A DNA stretch of 64,000 bases from Dehalococcoidia bacterium (GTDB lineage Bacteria; Chloroflexota; Dehalococcoidia; UBA6926): the NCBI GenBank assembly GCA_965219405.1, contig OZ244736.1, positions 211,129 to 275,128 of the forward strand. The letters are read 5' to 3'. Both the position numbers and the translations under genes were made by a program. The notes under the pieces were generated by a model. That model was not told the DNA's origin, did not search any database, and saw only the letters and a program-made list of their open reading frames with translations. Of the stretch, positions 42,962-52,230 are shown piece by piece (position 1 is the stretch's first letter; each line of letters starts with the position of its first letter).

Positions 42962-44044
42962 ATGGCCATTCGCACTGTTCAGGGCAGGACGCCCGTCATC
43001 CATCCGTCCGCGTGGGTCGCCGATACTGCCTATCTTATGGGCGATGTTGAGGTCCAGGAGGGCGCAAGCATTTGGCCGGGCGCGGTTCTGCGGGCGGAGA
43101 TGGGCCACATTGTCATTCGACGCAACGCGGCAGTGCTCGAACGGGCAGTCATTCACGGCGGCGGGGTCGGCGCTATTTCGCGGACAACGGAGATCGGCGA
43201 GGGCGCGCACGTTGGTGTCGGCGCGATGGTGCATTCCATGGGCGTCGGCCGCTACACACGTGTGGGAGACAACGCAACCGTGTTGGAGGCGGCGACGATT
43301 GGCGAATGGTGTTGGATTGAGCCGCGCGCCGTCGTTCTGCCGCGCGCCGTGATTCCCCACTATTCCCGCGTCTCCGGCATCCCCGGCGTTGCCATCCGGA
43401 CGATCAACGACTTTGAGCAGCGCATTCTCTCCGTGCAGGGTCACAACACCAACGCGCTCGCCGCTCAACATCATGAGACACAGCCGACAGGAGGATCGTC
43501 AATGATCCGTTCATTCAACGGAAAGTCGCCAAAGATTCACCCGACGGCGTGGGTGAGCGAGGCCGCGTACGTGGTGGGTGACGTGGAGATCGGCGCGCAA
43601 TGCACAATCTTTCCCGGAGCAGTCGTTCGCGGCGACATGGGCAAGATCGTCATCGGCGACCGCACCAACGTGCAGGACAACTCCGTCGTCCACGCAAGCG
43701 GTGACATTACCATCGGCACGGACAACACGCTGGGCCACGCCGTGACGTTTCACGGTAGTAAACTCGGCAACAATTGTCTGGTTGGCAACAATTCGACGGT
43801 TTCCGAGGGAGTGGAGATTGGCGATTTCTGCGTCGTGGCGGCTGGGGGCGCGGTCGCGCCCTACGCGATTATTCCTGACGACTCGTTCGCGGCGGGCGTG
43901 CCGGCGGAGATCCTGTGGCAGACAGAGCCGGCGCGTCGGGCGCAGATGGAGGCAACCGGCGGGGCGTCATATGCGCGGCTGAGCGAGGTGTACCAAGCGG
44001 AAGGTCTCGGCTCCTGGCCCGCGGGAGAGAACCCTCCAGGGTAG
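42962..44044 (+). CDS. tandem gamma-carbonic-anhydrase-like / hexapeptide (LbH) repeat protein, two YrdA/PaaY-like modules in one frame
   Basis: Module 1 starts 'MAIRTVQGRTPVIHPSAWVADTAYLMGDVEV'. Module 2 starts 'MIRSFNGKSPKIHPTAWVSEAAYVVGDVEI' at ATG 43502, preceded by AGGAGGA (43489-43495). There is no stop codon between them. Confidence 0.8.
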   Translation: MAIRTVQGRTPVIHPSAWVADTAYLMGDVEVQEGASIWPGAVLRAEMGHIVIRRNAAVLERAVIHGGGVGAISRTTEIGEGAHVGVGAMVHSMGVGRYTRVGDNATVLEAATIGEWCWIEPRAVVLPRAVIPHYSRVSGIPGVAIRTINDFEQRILSVQGHNTNALAAQHHETQPTGGSSMIRSFNGKSPKIHPTAWVSEAAYVVGDVEIGAQCTIFPGAVVRGDMGKIVIGDRTNVQDNSVVHASGDITIGTDNTLGHAVTFHGSKLGNNCLVGNNSTVSEGVEIGDFCVVAAGGAVAPYAIIPDDSFAAGVPAEILWQTEPARRAQMEATGGASYARLSEVYQAEGLGSWPAGENPPG

Positions 44045-44051
44045 ATTTCTC

Positions 44052-44741
44052 TCAGTTCTCTAAAGCGCGCTCCGCCATTTCGCGCAGTGCCCTGATGCGT
44101 TCCGGGATTGATTCGGGCCGACCATAGACGGCAGTTCCGGCCACGAAGAGCCGCGCCCCCGCCTTGACGGCTTGCTTGATGGTGTTCTCGTTTATTCCGC
44201 CGTCTACCTCTAGATCAACGTCGGGGCCACGCGAGTCGATGATGCCGCGCATGTGCGCAATTTTGGTCTCGACTTCCGGGATGTACGGCTGGCCTCCATA
44301 CCCCGGATTCACCGTCATCAGCAGCGCAATAGCTATCTCGTCCAGAAAGGGCAGGATTGGGTCGATGGGTGTTTCGGGCCGGACTGCTACACCAACGCCA
44401 GCCCCTGTATTCTTGACGGCGGCCACCGTCGCCGCCAGGTCCGCGCAGGCTTCGGCGTGGACAACAATGATGTCCGCGCCGGCCTTGGCAATGTGCTCTA
44501 TGTGGCGAGCGGGCTCTTCAACCATCATGTGGATGACAAGGGGAACGTCTCCGGCATACGGCTTTATGGCACTAATCATCTGTGCCCCGATGGTGATGGG
44601 CGGAACAAAGTGGCCGTCCATGACATCGACGTGAATATAGTCCGCGCCGCCCTGCGCCGCCGCTGCCACGTCATCGCCGAGCCGCGCAAAATCGGCAGCG
44701 AGGATGGACGGCGCGATCTTGATTCGGTCGTGATGCGACAT
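44052..44741 (-). CDS. rpe: ribulose-phosphate 3-epimerase
   Basis: 229 aa. 'IAPSILAADFARLGDDV' and 'HVDVMDGHFVP'. Confidence 0.95.
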   Translation of the reverse strand: MSHHDRIKIAPSILAADFARLGDDVAAAAQGGADYIHVDVMDGHFVPPITIGAQMISAIKPYAGDVPLVIHMMVEEPARHIEHIAKAGADIIVVHAEACADLAATVAAVKNTGAGVGVAVRPETPIDPILPFLDEIAIALLMTVNPGYGGQPYIPEVETKIAHMRGIIDSRGPDVDLEVDGGINENTIKQAVKAGARLFVAGTAVYGRPESIPERIRALREMAERALEN

Positions 44742-44749
44742 GCAGTCGG

Positions 44750-46108
44750 TCAGCTTTCGCTCGATTCGAGGCGGGCGCGTGCAGCATCGATAGCCTCGCG
44801 GACACGGCTGGGGGCAGTTCCGCCAACAACGTCCCTCTTGGCGACAGCGCTGTCTACCGTGATCTCCAACACATCCTCGCTGAAATGGGCCGATGCGCGT
44901 GTGTAGTCGTCCATCGTGAGATCGCGCAGTTCCTTGCCCTCTGCGAGCGCCGACTCAACAAGGGAGTGGACGATGCCGTGCGCCTCGCGGAACGGTACGC
45001 CCTTTTCAGCCAGGTAATCGGCCAGTTCCGTTGCCAGCAGAAAGCCGCTCTCCGCGGCGGCACGCATCTTGTCCGGCTGGAACTCCAGCGTCGGAATCAT
45101 GCCGGCCATCATTTCCAGGCTGCCGAGCAAAGTGTCAGCCGCATCGAACAGCGGCTCCTTGTCCTCCTGCAGGTCGCGGTTATAGGCGAGTGGGAGGCCC
45201 TTGACACTCATGAGGAGCGCCACCAAGTCACCGCTAACGCGCCCTGCCTTGCCGCGCACAAGCTCCGCAATGTCCGGGTTGCGTTTCTGCGGCATGATGC
45301 TCGAGCCCGACGCGTATTCCCCGCCGACGCGCACGTAGCCGAACTCATCGGACGACCACAGGATGATCTCTTCGCATAGGCGTGAAAGGTGCGTCATGGT
45401 CAGCGCCGCGGCAGACAGGAACTCGATGATATAGTCGCGGTCCGCAACGGCATCCATGCTGTTACGGCTGACCGCGGCGAAACCCAGGTCTTCTGCGAGA
45501 GCTTCGCGGTCGATGGGATAGGCAGTGCCGGTGAGCGCAGCGCTGCCGAGCGGCATGACATCCGCGCGGGTGAGCGCATCGCCCACCCGGCCCACGTCCC
45601 TCTCCGCCATCTCCACGTAGGCAAGCAAGTGATGCGCGAGCAGCACGGGTTGAGCGCGCTGTAAGTGGGTGTACCCGGGCAGAATGACATCGATGCCCTG
45701 CTCTGCTTGATCTAACAGGGCACGGCAATAAGTGTTTAGGCGCTCCAGCGCGGCGACAATAGCGTCTTTCACATAGAGGCGGGTATCAGTCGCGATCTGG
45801 TCGTTGCGGGAACGGCCCGTATGGAGCTTGCCGCCGAGCGGGCCGATGAGTTCAATCAGCCGCCGCTCGACGTTGAAGTGGATGTCCTCCAACTCCGGCC
45901 GGAACGGAAACTCTCCCGACTCAAGCTCGGCCCGAACGGACTCCAGCCCGCCGATAATTGACCGCGCTTCATCGCCGGTCAGAACTCCCGCACGCTCCAA
46001 TGCACGCGCCCACGCGATGGAGCCCGTGACGTCATACGCCGCAAGCCGCCGGTCAAACGGCAGAGACGCAAGAAAATCCGCGGGGTTCGTACTCAATTCA
46101 TCCGCCAT
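44750..46108 (-). CDS. argH: argininosuccinate lyase
   Basis: Fumarate-lyase signature 'GSSIMPQKRNPD'. Start set at 'MADELST' (ATG 46108, with 46126 as an alternative). The usual N-terminal LWGGRF motif is absent. Confidence 0.9.
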   Translation of the reverse strand: MADELSTNPADFLASLPFDRRLAAYDVTGSIAWARALERAGVLTGDEARSIIGGLESVRAELESGEFPFRPELEDIHFNVERRLIELIGPLGGKLHTGRSRNDQIATDTRLYVKDAIVAALERLNTYCRALLDQAEQGIDVILPGYTHLQRAQPVLLAHHLLAYVEMAERDVGRVGDALTRADVMPLGSAALTGTAYPIDREALAEDLGFAAVSRNSMDAVADRDYIIEFLSAAALTMTHLSRLCEEIILWSSDEFGYVRVGGEYASGSSIMPQKRNPDIAELVRGKAGRVSGDLVALLMSVKGLPLAYNRDLQEDKEPLFDAADTLLGSLEMMAGMIPTLEFQPDKMRAAAESGFLLATELADYLAEKGVPFREAHGIVHSLVESALAEGKELRDLTMDDYTRASAHFSEDVLEITVDSAVAKRDVVGGTAPSRVREAIDAARARLESSES

Positions 46109-46191
46109 ACATACAGGATAAGGCACGGTGGTTGCGTGGAGACGGAAGACTCAGTAATACAGTAGGAGACACTAAGGGGAGGGGCGACGTG

Positions 46192-46644
46192 AGGAGCGCG
46201 GCAACAACGGTTGATGAGTATCTGGCCAGCCTGCCGGAAGGGCGACGGGAGGCGGTACAAGCGGTGCGCCAAGTGGTGCTGGACAATCTGCCGGATGGAT
46301 TCGAGGAGTGCATGGCATTTGGGATGATCGGTTACGTCGTGCCGCTCAGCCGCTATCCGGACACATACAACAAGCAGCCGTTGGGACTGGCTGCCCTCGC
46401 GTCTCAGAAGCGCCACATGGCAATTTACCTGAATAGCGTCTACGAGAATCCGGAGACACTGGAGTGGTTCACGTCCATGTACACCGCGAGCGGCAAGCCG
46501 TTGGATATGGGAAAGTCATGCGTACGCTTCAAGCGCCTTGATGATCTGCCGCTGGATGTAATTGGCCAAGCTATAGCGCACACGAGCCTGGACGATTTTC
46601 TAATTTCATATGAAAAGGCGCGAAGCGGCAATAAGGGTGGGTGA
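46192..46644 (+). CDS. DUF1801 (YdhG-like) domain protein
   Basis: ORF 46132..46644 trimmed to GTG 46192, preceded by AAGGGGAGGGG. 'TVDEYLASLPEGRREAVQAVRQVVLDNLP' is the typical DUF1801 N-terminus. Confidence 0.7.
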   Translation, partial: RSAATTVDEYLASLPEGRREAVQAVRQVVLDNLPDGFEECMAFGMIGYVVPLSRYPDTYNKQPLGLAALASQKRHMAIYLNSVYENPETLEWFTSMYTASGKPLDMGKSCVRFKRLDDLPLDVIGQAIAHTSLDDFLISYEKARSGNKGG

Positions 46645-46845
46645 AGCGGCGTATTGAACAAACCAGCCATCACTATACGAGGGAGCATGGCGTGAGCAAG
46701 GTACGAATTCTGGTCGGCCACTCACCAACTGGATGCGCTGGTTGTCACAGCCGATAGCCGATTCGTGAATGCCTTGGTCGGCACAACTCATGAGGGTGCC
46801 GCGAGGACGCTCATCAACTCGCGGTCACGTAAGATTGGACTCCCC

Positions 46846-48042
46846 CTACTCCTCCGGTCTCACACGCGCCTGCGTCCTGATCGGCAAGCCCCAAAGGTGG
46901 ATGAAGCCCGGCGAGGCTGATTGGTCAAAGGTGTCACCTTCGTCGTAGGTGGCGAGCGCGTGCTGATAGAGGGCGTAGTCGCTCTTGCGGCCCACCACCG
47001 TCGCGTGGCCTTTGTGTAGCTTCACACGAACCGCGCCGGTTACTGCCCGCTGGCTGCTATCGACGTAGGACTGCAGGTCTTCACGCAGCTGGCTGAACCA
47101 TAGACCGTCATACACAAGCTGCGCGTATTCGCGGGAGACTGTCTCGCCGAACCGCACCTGGTCTTTGGTCAGAACCATGCCTTCAAGGGATCTGTGCGCG
47201 TTGATGAGAATGGTCGCCGCGGGGGCCTCATAGATCTCGCGCGACTTGATGCCGACTAGCCGGTCCTCGATGTGGTCGATGCGGCCGACCCCATGCTCCC
47301 CGCCGATCTTTGACAGCACCTCCACCAAGTCGACCGCCTCCATCTCTGCGCCGTCCAACGCGACGGGCACGCCCTGCTCGAACTGCACCTCGACGTATCG
47401 AGGCTCATCCGGCGCTTCATGCGGCGCGACCGTCCACTCGTATGCGTTTGCAGGCGGCTCAAGCCACGCGTCCTCAAGGACACCTGCCTCGATGCTGCGG
47501 CCCCAGAGGTTGTCGTCGGTGGAGTATGGCTTTTCGAGGGTGGAGGGGACGGGAATCTCATGCTCGCGGGCGTAGGCGATCTCTTCAACTCGCGTCATGC
47601 CCCACTCCCGGGCAGGCGCGACGACCTTGAGATCAGGAGCGAGCGCGCCAACGGAAACATCGAGCCGAACCTGATCATTGCCCTTGCCGGTGCACCCATG
47701 GGCGACTGCCGTCGCGCCCTCCTGCCGCGCCGCTTCAACCATCAGACGGGCAATCAGGGGGCGTCCGAGCGCGGTGGCGACAGGATAGACGCCCTGGTAG
47801 AGAGCGTTGGCCTTGAGGGCCGGAAAAACAAACTCGCGGATGAACTCATCGCGGACATCGGCGACGTGCGCACCGACCGCGCCGGATTCAAGCGCGCGCT
47901 GGCGAATCTCCTCCAGGTTATCGACGTTGCCGAGGTTCGCCGTCAGCGTGACAACGTCGTACCCATAGTTCTCCTGGATCCACCGCACGGCGACGGACGT
48001 ATCCAGCCCTCCGCTATACGCAAGAACAAGTTTCTCCGCCAT
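46846..48042 (-). CDS. argG: argininosuccinate synthase
   Basis: ORF 46846..48369 trimmed to 'MAEKLVLAYSGGLDTSV' (ATG 48042). The 109-aa upstream extension is low-complexity and not ArgG-like. Confidence 0.95.
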   Translation of the reverse strand: MAEKLVLAYSGGLDTSVAVRWIQENYGYDVVTLTANLGNVDNLEEIRQRALESGAVGAHVADVRDEFIREFVFPALKANALYQGVYPVATALGRPLIARLMVEAARQEGATAVAHGCTGKGNDQVRLDVSVGALAPDLKVVAPAREWGMTRVEEIAYAREHEIPVPSTLEKPYSTDDNLWGRSIEAGVLEDAWLEPPANAYEWTVAPHEAPDEPRYVEVQFEQGVPVALDGAEMEAVDLVEVLSKIGGEHGVGRIDHIEDRLVGIKSREIYEAPAATILINAHRSLEGMVLTKDQVRFGETVSREYAQLVYDGLWFSQLREDLQSYVDSSQRAVTGAVRVKLHKGHATVVGRKSDYALYQHALATYDEGDTFDQSASPGFIHLWGLPIRTQARVRPEE

Positions 48043-48202
48043 TTGACCCCCATGTGAATGAACTGCATGTGGAATGATTCTAGCAGGGGGAGTCGGAGAG
48101 TCCGGTGAAAAGCAAATCGATATAGGAGTATTGACACACCTGTTCGACAATTTGTACCATATCGGTTCACCCGCTCCTGCGTGCGGCCCCGAGGAGATGC
48201 CT

Positions 48203-49183
48203 ATGAGTGTGTTCGCCACCGCAATGGAAGTCCTTGATGAAACTACAGCTGAGCTTGCTTGGGAACAGTTCGGTCGTCTACAGCACGAGGAAAGGAACAG
48301 CAGACAAGAAACGGCGCTCGCGATTCTGCACGCGCTGGAGGAACTGGATAAGTTGCGAAGAGGATTCACCCCAGACTATGACTATCCATGGCTAGCCCCA
48401 ATGTACGCTCTGTGGTATCAGAGCTCTCACACGCAGATGGCATATCACCTCGCCAAATCGATTCCAAACGAATCAAATCCGTTTCTTCCAGAGGGCCCAG
48501 AGCCTCTCCTGTTGGTTGACTTTGCCTGTGGCACCATGGCAATGCAATTTGGTGCTGCGATCGCCGCAGCGGAGCTATTGGAGTCCACTGGACAGCTCAT
48601 CACTGTGTACGCCAGGTCAAGTGACAATAGCGGTCCTATGCGGTCTTTTGGGAGAGAGCTCTGGCAGGAGTTCTACAGGCGAGCGGCGGAACAGTCCAAC
48701 AACGGCGCTGCAGCCGCAATTCAAAACGCTTGCTATATTGATCGTTTCATTTTCTCCAAATCAATAGTTGCAATACCGCCCAAAATACGTTGGCTCACGA
48801 TTTTACATGCGGCTTATGAAGCTGAAAGAGACGAGATTAAGGAAGCGGTGGACAGAATCGTGAGGAATTCCACTCCTGATGTCATAGCTGTAACTGCTCA
48901 TCGCCGAAGCGTCGAATTGAAACAAGCATTTTCACCGTCTGAAGCCGATTATGATGACCGGAGTCTTGCGTTTTCCTCGGAACAATGGTCGCTCCGTCAC
49001 TTTGCGTCCAAGGTGGATAAGATGAGGAATCGAATCTTTGAAGAGATGATTCGAGACGTATCCGGCATATCCCAGAACAGTAAGGCATGGGCTCAGGATT
49101 ACTTGGTCAACGATTCCCTCCATAGACAGCGTCACTTACCCCGGGATACTTCAAGAATGCTTTATGTTCGAAAAGATGGGTAG
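48203..49183 (+). CDS. hypothetical protein with degenerate class I SAM-methyltransferase-like fold signature
   Basis: ORF 48074..49183 trimmed to ATG 48203 (GAGGAG 6 nt upstream). 'LLLVDFACGTMAMQFG' (motif I-like), 'ITVYARSSDNSGPM' (motif II-like) and 'IRWLTILHAAYE' (motif IV-like). Low G+C. The assignment is tentative. Confidence 0.5.
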   Translation: MSVFATAMEVLDETTAELAWEQFGRLQHEERNSRQETALAILHALEELDKLRRGFTPDYDYPWLAPMYALWYQSSHTQMAYHLAKSIPNESNPFLPEGPEPLLLVDFACGTMAMQFGAAIAAAELLESTGQLITVYARSSDNSGPMRSFGRELWQEFYRRAAEQSNNGAAAAIQNACYIDRFIFSKSIVAIPPKIRWLTILHAAYEAERDEIKEAVDRIVRNSTPDVIAVTAHRRSVELKQAFSPSEADYDDRSLAFSSEQWSLRHFASKVDKMRNRIFEEMIRDVSGISQNSKAWAQDYLVNDSLHRQRHLPRDTSRMLYVRKDG

Positions 49184-49218
49184 AATGATGCTAACGGCCA
49201 GACTGTAGGGGGTGCAGC

Positions 49219-50145
49219 ATGGCGACAGCTAAATCGGTCCAGCCGCCCCTCCCCGGCATTCCAACGCCGGACCATGAGCCCGTCAGCGGGCCGGGCGAAA
49301 TCGGCCACGTTGAAATCAAATATGTGGCGGTCAAGGAAATCCTCACCCGTGCGAGCGGGTTTATGGAAGAGTACGACTACACTCTGAACCCATACAGCGG
49401 CTGTTTCTTCGGTTGCGCGTACTGCTATGCCGCATTCTTCAGCCCTATCGTTGAGCTACGCGACACGTGGGGTAACTGGGTGACCGTTAAGGAGAATGGG
49501 CCTGACCTGCTGAGGCGTCGCAAAGTGGGCAACCTGGACGGCAAGCTCATTTATATGAGCAGTGTCACCGATCCCTATCAACCCGTAGAGCGCCAAGTCG
49601 GCCTAACGCGGCAACTGCTGGAAATCCTTGCGGAGCGGCACAAACCGAAGCTCGTTGTTCAGACGAGAAGCCCTGACGTAGTGCGTGATTGTGACCTGTT
49701 TAAGGAAATCCAGGACAGAGGTGGCCGTGTTCAAGTCAACATGACCGTCACCACCGATGATGAGGACATTCGCAAGACCTTCGAACCGCATTGCCCCTCC
49801 AACATGGCGAGGATTCGCGCAATCGCCGATGTTGCTGCACAGGGAATCGATACCTGCATCACCCTGACGCCTCTGCTGATGGTCACTAACGCCGAGCAGT
49901 TTGCTAACGACTTACTGGAGACAGGAGTCTCCAAGTTCATTGTTCAGCCGTTCCACTTCGCGAAGGGCAAGTTCGTGGCCAACACACGGGACGGCGCATT
50001 TGAACTCATGGCTGAGAAACTGGAATGCCCAGTTGGATTGTTCAAGGAACGATACCTGGAGCACTACGAGGCCGTTGAGCAGGTTCTAGAGTCGCGGCTA
50101 CCTTCCCTCGGCAAGGGCAAGGAGGGCTTTAGCCCGCCGTTTTAG
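49219..50145 (+). CDS. radical SAM protein, SplB/'DNA photolyase'-like (COG1533-type)
   Basis: 308 aa. 'NPYSGCFFGCAYCYA' gives the Cx3Cx2C cluster motif in the position and context typical of the spore-photoproduct-lyase-like branch. Confidence 0.8.
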   Translation: MATAKSVQPPLPGIPTPDHEPVSGPGEIGHVEIKYVAVKEILTRASGFMEEYDYTLNPYSGCFFGCAYCYAAFFSPIVELRDTWGNWVTVKENGPDLLRRRKVGNLDGKLIYMSSVTDPYQPVERQVGLTRQLLEILAERHKPKLVVQTRSPDVVRDCDLFKEIQDRGGRVQVNMTVTTDDEDIRKTFEPHCPSNMARIRAIADVAAQGIDTCITLTPLLMVTNAEQFANDLLETGVSKFIVQPFHFAKGKFVANTRDGAFELMAEKLECPVGLFKERYLEHYEAVEQVLESRLPSLGKGKEGFSPPF

Positions 50146-50149
50146 GCAA

Positions 50150-50338
50150 CTACTTCGCCGATTTGGCGGCGGTGCGCAGGCAGCGCGTACACATGCGAAC
50201 CTGCGTGCGCGTCCCATTCGCGTCGTACTGCGAGATTCGCTGCACGTTGACGTTCCAGCGACGTCGCGTCTTGCGATGCGAGTGGCTGACGTTGTTTCCG
50301 AATTGCGGGCCTTTGCCGCAGACTTGACATTTTGCCAT
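50150..50338 (-). CDS. rpmB: 50S ribosomal protein L28
   Basis: ORF 50150..50506 trimmed to 'MAKCQVCGKGPQFGNNVSHSHRKTRRRWNVN' (ATG 50338), 62 aa. Confidence 0.9.
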   Translation of the reverse strand: MAKCQVCGKGPQFGNNVSHSHRKTRRRWNVNVQRISQYDANGTRTQVRMCTRCLRTAAKSAK

Positions 50339-50499
50339 GATGTTTCGTTCAGTTTCGCTCGTTGGTGAGTATTCAAACCGGCCGATCTCGCCTTGAGGCG
50401 TGGGCCGGCTGCATAGCTGCCGTACAGCGTCGTATGCTACCAGAGTCGGGGAGATTGGGCAATGAGCCGGAGAGCGCGGACACCGCAGGAGGACGAACA

Positions 50500-52125
50500 A
50501 TGACAAGCAGCGGCGGGTCAGGGACTCTGGATGGGCAAGGATTGCTTGAGGCGTTGATGGGCGGCGCGGAGTGGCTGCAGGCGAACATGGATGCCGTGAA
50601 CGCGCTCAACGTGTATCCGGTACCCGACGGCGACACGGGCACGAACATGATGCTCACACTGCAGACGGCCCTCCGTGACGCGCAGGAGAACCCCGGCGAC
50701 GGCACAGTTGGCGCGATGTCCGCCGTCATCGGACAGGGAGCGCTGCGCGGCGCCCGCGGCAACAGCGGCGTCATCCTCTCCCAGTATCTAAAGGGCTTCG
50801 CACAGGGCCTCGACGGCGTCGGCACGATGGACGGCCACGCGCTCGCAAAGGGCCTGCAGGCGGCGTCAGACGCTGCCTATGGGGCCATGAGCAAGCCCGT
50901 TGAGGGCACGATGTTGACCGTCGGGCGCGAGGCGGGCGAGGCAGCAAACGCAAGCGGCTCAGCAGACGTTATCGAGACGCTGCTCGCCGCCGCGAACGAG
51001 GCGGATGCATCAACCGCGAGGACGCCGGAGCTGTTGCCGGTGTTGGCGAGCGCGGGCGTCGTTGATTCCGGCGGACAGGGCATTGCGGTGCTGTTGCGCG
51101 GCGCGCTGGCGCGGCTGACGGGAGAAGACCCAGGCCCGGCGCTTGAAGCCCCAACAATCTCCGCCATCGACCCAAGCCTCTATGCGGGTGGCGCGGGCGA
51201 GGCGTGGGGCTATTGCACGGAGTTCGTGCTGATGGAGCCTTCGTCCAACATGGACACTATCCGCGCGACGATGGCGTTGTTCGGCGAGTCCGAGTCCATC
51301 GTTGAAGGCGATGGGCTGGTGCGTGTGCATCTGCATACGGCCGAGCCGGAGATTGTACTAACCGAGGCCGAGGGGATGGGTCAGCTGGAGCAGGTATCCA
51401 TCCGCGACATGGATCAGCAGCATCAGCAGTTCCTGGCAGGGCACGGCGAAGACATTGATGACGTGGTCTGTGGCGTCGTGTCAGTGGCTGCAGGCCCCGG
51501 TTTCGTTCGCATCATGCGGGGACTGGGCGCCGGTTCCATCATCTGGGGCGGCCAATCCATGAACCCCTCCGCGGAGGAGATTGCGGAGGCTGTGGAGTCC
51601 ATCCCTGCCCGGGACATCATCATTCTGCCCAATAACAAGAACATCGCAGCGACTGCCGAAGTCTCACGCGACCTCATTCACACCAAGACCGTCACCGTGC
51701 TGCCAACGGAGTCCGTGCAGCAGGGAATCGCCGCTCTGCTGACCTACTCGGCAACCGACACCGTCCAGGACAACCTGGACGGGATGCGCGGGGCAGTCGA
51801 CGAGCTCCGATGGGCGGAGGTGACATTTGCGGTGCGCAACGGCCAGTCCGGCGAAGTGACGTACGCGGCGGAACAGCCAATCGGCTTGCTTGAGGGCGAG
51901 TTGGTCGTCTCGGGTGAGACACCCGAGGCGGTGGCGCAGGCGTTGGTGGAGCGCATCGCGCCGGAGGGCGAAATGATCGTCACGCTGTACTACGGCGCGG
52001 GGATCACCGAAGAGGAGGCTGAGGCAGCAGCGGATGCCGTGAAAGCGGTCTGTTCCGACGAAGTAGAAGTGGAAATCCAGAACGGCGGCCAACCGCTGTA
52101 TCCGTACCTCATCTCTGTCGAATAG
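50500..52125 (+). CDS. DAK2-domain protein (YloV / fatty acid kinase FakA-like)
   Basis: ORF trimmed to ATG 50500 (SD GGAGGA). 'LNVYPVPDGDTGTNM' is the DAK2 phosphate-binding signature. The length and C-terminal domain are as in YloV/FakA. Confidence 0.85.
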   Translation: MTSSGGSGTLDGQGLLEALMGGAEWLQANMDAVNALNVYPVPDGDTGTNMMLTLQTALRDAQENPGDGTVGAMSAVIGQGALRGARGNSGVILSQYLKGFAQGLDGVGTMDGHALAKGLQAASDAAYGAMSKPVEGTMLTVGREAGEAANASGSADVIETLLAAANEADASTARTPELLPVLASAGVVDSGGQGIAVLLRGALARLTGEDPGPALEAPTISAIDPSLYAGGAGEAWGYCTEFVLMEPSSNMDTIRATMALFGESESIVEGDGLVRVHLHTAEPEIVLTEAEGMGQLEQVSIRDMDQQHQQFLAGHGEDIDDVVCGVVSVAAGPGFVRIMRGLGAGSIIWGGQSMNPSAEEIAEAVESIPARDIIILPNNKNIAATAEVSRDLIHTKTVTVLPTESVQQGIAALLTYSATDTVQDNLDGMRGAVDELRWAEVTFAVRNGQSGEVTYAAEQPIGLLEGELVVSGETPEAVAQALVERIAPEGEMIVTLYYGAGITEEEAEAAADAVKAVCSDEVEVEIQNGGQPLYPYLISVE

Positions 52126-52230
52126 CCGCACGCCGCTTGACAGTGGTCAGCGTTGCGCTCACGCTCACGCCAGTATTGCGGAGGGCTCGGGCCACTCTTA
52201 TCGGAGCGCCCACGGATAAGCGGGCGATAA

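Noticed and set aside
46696-46920. A frame reading '...THQLDALVVTADSRFVNALVGT...' between the DUF1801 gene and argG resembles the C-terminal (L/V)VT.D..F strand of PIN/VapC toxins, suggesting a decayed TA remnant.
   Set aside because: It is only ~20 residues of similarity, with no start codon, no N-terminal PIN acidic residues in any frame, and no antitoxin candidate. It cannot be supported without a profile search.
48043-48369. The N-terminal 109-aa extension of the argG ORF (46846..48369), and the 43-aa extension of the 48074 ORF.
   Set aside because: ArgG aligns from 'MAEKLVLAYSGGLDTSV'. The extension is Ser/Cys-rich nonsense that overlaps the divergent promoter region. For the plus-strand gene, the GAGGAG-ATG context at 48203 is better.
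48043-50149. I searched for terminal inverted repeats or target duplications around the low-G+C cassette at 48.2-50.1 kb, the Kelch gene (7984-10341), the HNH-hicAB cassette and the DNA methyltransferase.
   Set aside because: No convincing IR or DR pairs were found by eye. The radical SAM stop is only 4 nt from the rpmB stop, which leaves no room for an element end. Mobility of these regions is therefore not claimed.
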